A DNA stretch of 64,000 bases from Polymyxa betae A26-41 (lineage: Eukaryota; Protista; Endomyxa: Phytomyxea): assembly GCA_003693705.1 (NCBI GenBank), contig RBZT01000364.1, forward strand, positions 21,500-85,499, written 5' to 3'. How positions within the stretch are numbered: the first letter of the stretch is position 1; the number at the start of each line of letters is the position of its first letter. Below the pieces are notes generated by a model. It was not told the origin of the DNA, did no database searches, and saw only the letters and a program-made list of their open reading frames with translations. A program made the position numbers and the translations under genes. Shown here piece by piece: positions 54,815 through 64,000 of this stretch.

Positions 54815-55299
54815 TGACGCTGCTGTTTCGGGTGCTCTCTGTTCCAGATGCAGAACGACATATTATTTATCACATCACGTGCGCTATTAACGATCAAGCC
54901 CCCATCGCAGTTCCAAATCCGAGCTAATACACAATTTCATTGGAATCTTAAAAAGTTTTTTTTTTCAATTTTCTGCAATGGTCCTTTATGATACCGGTCA
55001 TACCACTGAGAAAATTCTGTCAATACTGCGGGGTTGTTTTCCGGACCTTAACATGGCGGAACCAGAGCTGCAACAAGTCATGGACAGTCGAAGTACAGTA
55101 TTACCTAGAAACAAGCCCCTGCCTGCGCTCAAACCTTGATACATAACTGCGCAGTTCGTGGAAACCGTCTTTCTGTACAAAAACTGCGCGCACTTTGTCC
55201 CACCACTGGGTCAATCACCGGTTTACCTCCGTCATTAATTGTGCCTTGACAGATCTTTTGGACAGCCGCCCAGCTCCTATCCAAAATCTCGCATACCGA

Positions 55300-55833
55300 A
55301 TGCATCAGCTGCCTCACAAGGCTGTGGTCCGCGTCGTCGTAGCGGCCCACATCTCCGGCTTCGTCCTCTGCCTGTACGTGTTCGCCGTCCAGGCGTTCGA
55401 CGGCGAGTTCCTGCCGGGGTTTGGGGCGACCTACCCGACCCCACCCGACAACATCTGTAACAGCAACGAGGCCCTGTTCTGGACCGTCTATCTGTCGCTG
55501 CTCGTACTGTCCCTGGTCGCCGTCGTGCTGGCGCTCTGGGCGCTGTACGAGGAATCGCGCGTCCTGATTCTGGTCACGATCGCCTGCGTTCTACTGCAGA
55601 CCGCCGCGCATTGTCTGGCTCTGTTCCTGTGCGGCAGCACCTGCGGCCTGGTCCAGTACGCCCCCGGGACGCTGAGCGTCCTGTGCCTGCAGCTGCTGGG
55701 CCTGGGCTGGTACTACTATCGGCTGCGGTCGCTGAACCCGCAGATCGTGTTCCATACGACGCTGCCGGACCCGTTGATGGTCGTTGATAAGAGAGAGGCC
55801 GCCGTTGGCGAGCAATGTCCAGTGGAGAGATAA
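55300..55833 (+). CDS. Intronless GC-rich four-transmembrane protein of unknown family (177 aa)
   Basis: Four hydrophobic segments, strong GC3 codon bias, and an adjacent paralog. Confidence 0.75.
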   Translation: MHQLPHKAVVRVVVAAHISGFVLCLYVFAVQAFDGEFLPGFGATYPTPPDNICNSNEALFWTVYLSLLVLSLVAVVLALWALYEESRVLILVTIACVLLQTAAHCLALFLCGSTCGLVQYAPGTLSVLCLQLLGLGWYYYRLRSLNPQIVFHTTLPDPLMVVDKREAAVGEQCPVER

Positions 55834-56191
55834 TCTTAGCGCAGTCTTCATATATGGATAATACAGGGCTGCTCACGCATCGTTCATTCGGGTTTCATCG
55901 ATTTTTTCCGAGCTGTATGAAGATTGCCCCGTCGTACACAACTCCGCCGGACACCGAAGCCAACAGCATTGGTATGTTTTTGACATTGTAACGGAAAGAC
56001 AACTGTGAACATTGCAACATAAATGTCACAACGAGCAGTGTATCGAAAATGCACTGTGATCAGTGTGCTGCAATCGTAACGTAAAGATGTAACCAAAAAG
56101 GGCGATCGCGAAGTCAAAGATTTTTCACCCAACAAAAACGGATCAAGATTTGATATCCGAGATTAACGCAGTCCTTGGAAGAAATCGGCAA

Positions 56192-56988
56192 AATGGCGCT
56201 GCCGTCGCTCCCTCGCCGACCGGAAACAGATATCAGGTAGCGACTTTTCTTCTCCTATAATACTCTCGAATCAAGCTGGCCCTTCAAGCGCATATTGATC
56301 AGATTAACAGGGCAGAAGCTGCGGCCGTTTTTGACGTTCTGGACGGGATCTGGATGAAGCACGGGCTCAGATTTCACCGCCGTGCTGCAATACAATGCGC
56401 GTCATGGTTGACATCTTCAAATTGGCTGATTCAGATTCTTCTCGAGAATCGCATCCGAACTCCTTCGTATGAATTCAGTGGATCCGAAATCGCCGTGGTC
56501 AATGACCGCCTTTCTTCCAAATTCTGATTCGGGGTTGTCAAACTGTCCGTTCTTTATAAGCTGAGCTGCCATAGAATAAAATCGAAGCGCATTCGCCGAT
56601 CAAACTGGCCCAGCCGTGGTCCGAAATCCGTGATTTACGGCCATCGAATAAATTGGTGATCCAAACAGCAAACACCATCGAAGGATTGTCTGCGAATGCG
56701 CGTGTTCAACGTTACTGTAACGTTGACGCTGATCATTACGTTACCAAATCGGTCCAGCTCGTTCAGATGCACCACACTGTGCATGAAATCGCTGAGCGGT
56801 CTGGTGATGGTGGCGCCCGTCACATTTGGAATGAACTTGCTCTGGCAACGTTTCCGTTTGGTGGGATGGTAACGTTACCCTATGGTATCTGTACACTGGA
56901 ATCCGATTATGTTACCGTTTCCCAGCTGCACGTTCTTTCGTTGAATGCAGCCTGTTCTATCGGCAGGTTCTTGAAGGACGGCCTTTGA
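56192..56988 (+). CDS. Possible spliced hypothetical gene or remnant
   Basis: ATG exon MALPSLPRRPETDIR, plausible GT-AG introns and an open stretch NKIEAHSPIKLAQPWSEIRD...FPFGGM. No family recognised; ends uncertain. Confidence 0.35.
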
Positions 56989-59420
56989 TTTCGCTTCGAT
57001 TGAAACTTTTTATATAAAAATGCAAATTTGCCGGTTGTACCAGCGATTAACTACATTGAGAAATCTCTTTAGATTTGTTGTGTTCTCCACTTAACCCTTT
57101 GGATAGACTGCAAGAATCGCTACAAGACGATGCTCAGCATTGTTAAAAATCACGTTTGAAGGATTCTGATATCGAATTTCAATCACTTCGAATCGATAGA
57201 TGAAAACATAATAATCAGCGAAGCAGGTCGAATCCCGTGTCAACATTCAAGGCTTTTCTAGTCACTTTTGAACATTACAAATGACGCTCGTCTATCAAAT
57301 CCGGTGAATCCTCCAGAACGGCGTTCAAAATCTTGCAACATTTTTGTTGAAAAAAGTTAAAAATTCAGCATGTAGGACAGTCAGAATTCTGGAAATCGTT
57401 CTGCGATTTCGGACCGGGGATGATGCGCGTCATAATCCCGTGCTGGCCCATCTCATTCCGATGCGAAACTTCTGCTCAGTCGCTACTGACTGTCATCCAG
57501 GTCGTTCAATTTGGCATTTCTCTTCGTCCAAACAATGTGTAGTGACTGGCGATTTGGCGGCTGTTCTGACAGAAGCCACGACTGCAGATTTTATGGATTC
57601 TGCATCACGAGTGCAATATCTCGCCGAAAGATGAAATCGATTTTCGAAAACGAATTGAGGGGTTCGAGGAAGACTGTCAGGAGAACTCGGTAGGGATCGA
57701 GATGACGAAGACGATCTGAACAAATATTCGTCAGCCGATCATAACCAGTTTGAGGTTGGCCAGCAGATCAGTTCCGGGGAACCGCTTGTCAAATGCGTCC
57801 GAGAATTGGCGCAAACTTCTGGTTTTGTGGTGGCAGTCAATGCTCACAGTTTCATAGACTCTTGAATTTTATGAAAATTTGCACCTAGTAGTCAAAGACG
57901 CTTGGCTGTTGCCTTTTTTTCAGAAATTTTGAGCATTTTGCGAGTCATTTTCAGTTATTTCGAAACACTGTAATTAAAAAACACGTCCCAAAGCCGACAG
58001 TTGGTTAAAATGAATTTCAATCAATGGTTTTAACCAGTTTATAGAATATTTGAATTAGATGTTTTAACAAAAGGAGATGTGTCATAGACGAAGTCTTCCC
58101 AGCCGTCTCCGTTCTTGTCCTGATTTCGATGTCAAGATGGAGTATTCAAGTCGATTCGGATGAATAAGTTTTCAGATCGTTTGAGGCGCTGTGAGTGTCG
58201 CTTACTGAATATTCACTGCCTACAAGTGCTATGAGCTTGTTTGAGTATTGTATAGTAGAATATTGGAAGATTTAACCTGTGATTACAACCGACCCATCCC
58301 TTTGTATTGGTCATTGGAAGGTCCCCAATAGTCAGCTACAACCCAGCTGTCAATTCATTTTATCAACCAGATCAAATTTGATAAAAGTAGATAAGCTCGA
58401 CCATATCATCATAATGTAGCATTATACAAATGTGTAATTACACTAATTGTATTTTCCTTCTTCTGTCGCCTCAGCGTAATGCTCTTTGTCTCCGCTTTGA
58501 GCGACGAACAGGCAATCAACCTGATCGGAATAATTCTTTATGGCTTAGACCGGGATGTCGAGTCATTTCTTATTTGTTTGAGAAGATTTCGCTCCGTGTA
58601 CGATGAACCTTCCTATTTTGAATGTTAAGGAAAAAAAGTCATAGAATAAAGGCAAGAAGATATTTATTAACTTTATCTAGACAGCCCTCTATCTCACATT
58701 GCACTCAAGAAGACGAGAACGTTGTGAAGAGCTGGATTTCATTTCCTGGCCTCGGGCCTGTTCTTGGATCGACGGTGCAGTTTCCTCGTTCTGCCCCGCT
58801 ATCTTTAGACTTCGTTTACAACAAGTCTCTTTACGAGCAGATTCGACGCAGCTGGAGAATCAGGTATTCCAATCTGCTTTATAATTTCCAGTTCGCAGGC
58901 CGTAAAGGAGAAGGGCGGAACATTCCGATACAGTCATGCCACTGTGGCTCCAGGCTTCCACAGGGAGGCAGGGCCTCCAAGGGGCTCAGCGTTGGCCCAG
59001 CCTTCTTCAAACGTCTGCAACCCAGCTCTTGGGAAAGGCCTCAACTGGTTCAGACAGGCATACTGTAGTAGCTCTACTCTCTATTCTCTACCTTGGATTT
59101 TTTACAATTCTCAAAATCCTCTATCGCGTTCATAAGCTCCGTTAAATTCATCATTATGAGTTCCGATCATCCTAAGACGAATCGAACCAGCATTCGGGAG
59201 ACTTAATATAATGAGAAAAAAATCGTATGCGATTGCCCAATGGACAATGACAACATTCGAAGATGTGATCCTGAAACATGCTTGCACTTGCAAGCAGAAA
59301 TTCGATACGCATGTACAGGAACAAGATGCTCCAGTACAAATAAAATAAAACCGCATGCTGTAAGGTTTCATAATATTTCAACAAAAGGAAAGAAATAATT
59401 ATGATTGTATAGGCTGCTTT

Positions 59421-59904
59421 TAGGGCTCCGACCGGGTACTAACGGGTCGGGTCCCTGCCTCTATCCGGTACCCGTCCATACAATATCCAAAAAAGGTTGC
59501 AAACAGACAAAAAGATGATGGGACTTTATTTTTTCAGACAGTACTTACCAAACATCAAGAAGAGGTTTCTGGTTTCAAAGAATGTCGCCGAAGCCCAATC
59601 ACGTCACGGCCGCAATTGAATATTCGCTCGACAGCGACTGAAGAGCCCGGAATCGACAAAATGTCTTTTGCCACAGCGCTGAGATTAAAAAACTGTTGGG
59701 CGTGCGCTTCCAGTAATCTAACGGATCAACTGCAGGATCCTCACATCGTAAATCGAAGTAATTTTCAACGCGCAGAAACAAAGTCCGTGCATATCAAACT
59801 ACCCGACGGGTAGTCGGGTCGGTACCACCCCCTATCCGGTACCCGACCCGACCGGTACCCGACCCGGTTTTTCAGGGTACTACCCGTATCCGGTCGGAGC
59901 CCTA
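59421..59904 (-). mobile_element. Non-autonomous hAT DNA transposon (internal deletion derivative)
   Basis: Perfect 15-bp TIR TAGGGCTCCGACCGG; 8-bp TSD gctgcttt/gctgcttc (7/8 match); subterminal ACCCG repeats; frameshifted hATC dimerisation remnant PLDYWK...LSAVAKDILSIPGSSVAVERIFNCGRDVIGLRRHSLKPET. Confidence 0.92.
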
Positions 59905-61172
59905 GCTGCTTCTCATTATAGAATCCCAGATTCAACCCAAACGATGAAGGGATTATTTATAACCATGAATATTCCAAAAAGCAATCGCTGCTGCTTGTAT
60001 CAATATTTACGCTATATATTGATTAGTAAAGCAGTATTTAACTGAAATGATGACTGCTAACCTCCGGTTCCGATGAATATAGGTTCCGATGTACATTCAA
60101 CTCCGATGAACTGGACAGCCTCCGAGACTTCTCTGATTCTATATTTGAGGGCTTGTAATCTATCTAATATAATCATTCTGCAATCATCTTTGCAATCTCA
60201 GCATCAGCATTTAGTAGATTGCCTCATGCTCCAGATGAGGGGACACTGATGGATCCGAGCTGCGCGCAACGTCACATCATTTGCTGCTGACGTTGGGGTT
60301 TAGACCGACGGACACGCCCACCGACGAGCAAATTGCCGATAAAACCTTTTGTCTCTTATGGGTCTTATGGGGAGGGCTGTCCGTCATACGGGGTCGAATG
60401 ATGCCTGCAATGGCGCGTGATTTCGCAACAACTGCGTTGAGCTTTGTTAATCCAAGCTTCAATTCTAGTTGGCTGCGTGCCCTCGTAGTTTGTCATCCTG
60501 ACAACAATTCAGGTCCTGGGTTGGCTTTGGCCCCAGGGCCTGGATTAGCTGACTTTCTTCGGCCGGACCAAGCGGAGTGGGTGGGCGGACTATTACAATC
60601 CTTACAGAACGCAACACGCCCGGATGTTTTAAAGGCTTGTTATGCTGAGATCATCAAACTTCGCGACAATTTCTCTCAAATTCGGGCGTCGTTGATTGGC
60701 CGGGTTTCGAAAGAGAGGTTGAGAACCAAGGATTGCGCACAAACAACTTTGCGGCGTCACTGGCCGAATATCGAGTGCTACAATTGTTTGCATGAATGCA
60801 TTGGTCTTACAAGACTATAATCAATAATGTAGCATTCCATTTTTGAGCATAACGACTTGAGTGTTTTACAAGATAGCTTGGACATCACACGATATCGCAA
60901 TCAACAGCATTAACTTGAACAACTGTAAAAAGGAACACATTTGTTGATGAATAACAACTTAGAATAACAATCACTTAGTGAATAGTATATACAGCACAAT
61001 TTAAGATCAATAAAACTGCATACATTGTAGATTCGGGGACAGCGCGGCCTCAATCCTCTAGTACCGTAGACAAACAGTTTGACCGCTCACAGATAGCCGG
61101 CGACGCGATGATTTGCATTGTATTTGTTGCATTTTTGTTGCAATTGTTTCATTATCTTTGCAATGTTGCATT

Positions 61173-61363
61173 CAAATGTTTCATTTGTTTCATTTGTTGC
61201 AAATGTTTCATTTGTTTCATTTGTTGCAAATGTTTCATTTGTTTCATTTGTTGCAAATGTTTCATTTGTTTCATTTGTTCCATTTGATTCATTTGTTTCA
61301 TTTGTTCCATTTGATTCAAATGTTATAAATGTTTCATTTGTTTCAAATGTTTCATTTGTTTCA
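61173..61363. repeat. AT-rich minisatellite: 27-bp unit built from 9-bp TTTCATTTG-like monomers
   Basis: caaatgtttcatttgtttcatttgttg about 3.5 times, then degenerate 9-mers. Confidence 0.9.
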
Positions 61364-62074
61364 AGTGTGATAGAATCTTCGACGACGAAACGATTTGGGC
61401 AACAAAAAAGTGAAAGTTTATATAGGTTCTAACATCCCTCCAGTAACAAGGTCGGCAGCTCTCCCGACCATCCTAAACATGCAGCCGGCCGTGGTGCCTC
61501 AATCCCGAGCGGGCTCCGCCACGTCGCGGTCGCCCTCCGCCATCACCCCCTCCCGAACGCGACTCGGGGTACAGCAAAATTGATCACGCAAGCGCTTGAA
61601 CGCAATCGCGCCGAGATGCTTGTTAGTATGTCCGCAACCATAATGCTCAACTGTAATAGCGCCCGCCGCGAATTCACGGATCGAACTCAATGATAGCGGA
61701 CGTCACTATGCTTTGATCGGCGCCTGATCTGGTTTCCATGCGCCAGGGAAATGGCGCCCTGGTTCCTCATAAGCAACCGTCGGATTCTTTTGAACGACTC
61801 CAACCAAGTTCACGAAGCAGTTCCCTCATTCAGACGATCTCTTGGGTGACGCTACACAACGTCAAGTATTCTGCCTCCACTGTGGAAAGTGTGACACAGG
61901 CTTGTCGCCGGCTCAACGACGTTCCCTGAAATTGAGCGCCGTGACTCCGCGTCCGTGGCAAAATCGGAACCCGCAAATGCCGTCAGAACCGGGTCGCCCC
62001 CTCCCAAACTGATGCCCAATTCGAGAGTTCCACGAAGGTAACGGAATACTAGTTTAATACCGATGACGGCTTGT

Positions 62075-62409
62075 TGTCGTGTCACACGACATCAAAACCC
62101 TAAACCCTAAAACCCTACCTGACGAAGTCCGAGAGGCGCAGCCTCTCAAAACAGATGAAGATGCTACTCCGGCGCAACCCGCCCGGGAGGCCGCTCCTTC
62201 CAAGACAGCTGCTTTGACCAGCAGCGGTCCAGCACGTCCTGTACGCTAGTGCCGCTTCTATTAAGCGTTGTTCGCGCAGCCCCTATCCTGTCCTGTCCTG
62301 ACCTGTCCTGTTTATGTGTCCTTCGTGATTATTATTCCTTTGGAAATAAAAGTGTGGTTCAATTCCGCTTGACCGCCGTCTGCCGACTTCCACTAGAGTG
62401 ATCATCACT
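62075..62409. mobile_element. 335-bp insertion (atypical solo-LTR-like) with 5-bp TSD, terminal hairpins and telomeric repeats
   Basis: Flanked by CTTGT on both sides; excision restores the copia frame PTAQAVIGIKLVFRYLRGT; ends TGT...ACT; contains aaaaccctaaaccctaaaaccct and AATAAA. Confidence 0.8.
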
Positions 62410-62608
62410 CTTGTGCTGTAGGAGAGCTGGTATTCCATGCAAAAAACGAAACCGCGTAGGCGATATCGGGACGGGTACAGGTCGCCAGGTACATGAGGCA
62501 TCCCACCGCCTCACGATAGGGATAGCCAACGTCTGGCTGGCTGTCGCATATCCGTGACGCGGCCTCTGCCGGGGTATTCACCCATTTGCTTTCATGCATA
62601 CCGAGCCG

Positions 62609-62913
62609 TGTCAGGGCCTGTGTCCCTGCCAGAGTCCCAGGTAACGTAACTGCAGGCGCAGCCAACTCTACGGAGTGCGAAGCCTATACAGGAGTAGAAC
62701 ATTCCGAAGAACCCTCGAGCTTCCACCAGTCCATTCCCAGCGACCAGCAACTTGGAAGATTCCTAGAACGTTCCTAGAAACTATTTAACTCCTGAATATA
62801 GCGTATCATTCCGATTACCACCTTTCGATAATACACATCAAGCCTTGATCTCAGTCTCTATTCTCGCCTTCGACTTCGACACCAACCGTATCATACTGGA
62901 CCAGACCCTAACA
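62609..62913. mobile_element. Solo LTR (305 bp) inserted in the copia RT
   Basis: TGTCAGGG...CCCTAACA termini; perfect 5-bp TSD AGCCG; excision restores AVLQRLGMHESK. Confidence 0.9.
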
Positions 62914-63025
62914 AGCCGTTGGAGGACCGCCCAGGCGTAGGCGTCCTGGGACAGATGCAGGCGCCGCTGGCCGCGATCTCGCACGACCCGGACGCCTAAA
63001 ATGAAAGTCAACGGGGAAAATTTTA

Positions 63026-63259
63026 AATTGACCTACGATTGCTCTACGCTCTACGGATTGATCTACTCCGCGCACTTTTTAATTGCTCTATAAATTGATC
63101 TATTTTGACGGAAATCAGACAATTGACCTACAAAATGATCTACTTTCTCGAAAATGATCTATTTTTGACCTACTCCACGGATAGTTAATTGCGACCTACT
63201 AATTGATCAACTATCACCAATTTGATCTACAAATTGATCTACTAAACCCTAAACCCTAA
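63026..63259 (+). repeat. Array of dispersed TTGAYCTAY direct repeats ending in two telomere-type units
   Basis: About a dozen same-strand copies (ttgacctac, ttgatctac, ttgctctac, atgatctat), then taaaccctaaaccctaa. Confidence 0.75.
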
Positions 63260-63300
63260 TCCAAGCTTTGTAAATTTGAATGGATGTGAGTGCCTGGTTC

Positions 63301-63709
63301 TGTATCGGTTTGGGAACCAACTAAGCAATCTAAGCGCTTAGATTGCTTAGTTGGGCGCTTAGATTGCTTAGTTGGTTCCGAAACCGATACAAAAATGTGA
63401 CTCGAACCCCGGACCTCCGGAGACGACCACATCTTAGTTGGTTCCCAAACCGATACAAAAATGTGTTCGTCTCCGGAGGTCCGGAGTTCGAGTCACGCTG
63501 ATGACTGAGGATTTTTGAGGGGTTTTCGGGATACTACGAAGCGCTTAGCTACTGGGGATATGAGGATGCCCTAGGGAATGTTGAGGAACGACTCGAAAGG
63601 AGCCTGAACACATTTTTGTATCGGTTTGGGAACCAACTAAGCAATCTAAGCGCAACCAACTAAGCAATCTAAGCGCTTAGATTGCTTAGTTGGTTCCCAA
63701 ACCGATACA
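63301..63709. mobile_element. Non-autonomous foldback element with about 100-bp self-palindromic TIRs (Ginger-like termini)
   Basis: TGT...ACA ends; 4-bp TSD GTTC; TIRs 63301-63399 and 63609-63709 differ by one substitution and a 2-nt indel. Confidence 0.85.
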
Positions 63710-64000
63710 GTTCATTGAAATTAGATACTTATTTCTCGGTGAAAATGTGACCATAATGCACATATTAGAAGATTTCATTGATGCAGATTTTCGTCGCGGG
63801 ACTTTACAATCTCAATGTCCATTTCACTTGACGAACATTGGTTTCTCAGTTTGTCGATATCGAAAAAACAATGATCGTAAGGTCGAGATGGTAGCGAGCA
63901 GTGTAGCTATCACGTGAAGTTTCAAACAATTGTGTGTGGAGTTTGAGTTTTTGTTCGATTTTGTATAAATCCGTCACGGACACCGCAATTCTGCAGCTGC

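Larger units (their letters stand above)
61435..63008 (-). mobile_element. Degenerate Ty1/copia LTR retrotransposon (RT C-terminus and RNase H) interrupted by two insertions
   Basis: FILGVRVVRDR..LHLSQDAY, YREAVGCLMYLATCTRPDIAYAV, FRYLRGT, GSDFATD..RRSISG, LSTVEAEY, KHSDVRYH, with stops and frameshifts. A purine tract GGAGGGA is followed by TGTTAG (putative 3' LTR start at 61434). Confidence 0.92.

Noticed and set aside
57340-59400. Several 60-150 aa ORFs in the repeat-rich region
   Set aside because: No recognisable motifs or consistent exon structure; probably decayed sequence.
60281-60820. 179-codon ORF containing HPD (J-domain-like motif)
   Set aside because: No J-domain helical context and no clear start; left uncalled.
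61113-61432. Repetitive ORFs (MFHLFHLLQ / NVSFVSFVA)
   Set aside because: Translations of the minisatellite, not evidence of a protein.
63026-63709. CRISPR-like appearance of spaced and palindromic repeats
   Set aside because: Eukaryotic context, irregular spacing, inverted rather than direct long repeats, and no cas genes.

Overview
Eukaryotic nuclear DNA from a compact protist-type genome with short GT-AG introns (mostly about 40-60 nt) and very short intergenic spacers. The gene style and TTT(T)AGGG-type telomeric motifs would fit a phytomyxid (plasmodiophorid) rhizarian, but that is inference only. Positions 1-52.3 kb are gene-dense: PIG-X, a WbuC-like cupin, ISWI/SNF2H, VPS13B, mitochondrial Lon, eIF5A, cathepsin Z plus a decayed tandem copy, RPS16, RP2, an RFxV/coiled-coil protein, an actobindin-like WH2 protein, RAB5IF/OPTI, ARPC2, a beta-class GST, kinesin-10, NudC, a TTI2-like protein, a cyclin and nicastrin. 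After a 19-N gap at about 52.96 kb the sequence becomes gene-poor and element-rich: a GC-rich four-TM gene pair, a non-autonomous hAT, a minisatellite, a Ty1/copia relic with two nested insertions, telomeric seeds and a palindromic foldback element. The most striking observation is that VPS13B, normally one giant polypeptide, appears split into two genes transcribed head-to-head: the Chorein-N half on the minus strand and the VAB/ATG_C/PH half on the plus strand, with candidate ATGs about 113 bp apart. Exon boundaries were assembled by eye and family calls rest on recalled motifs, not database searches.
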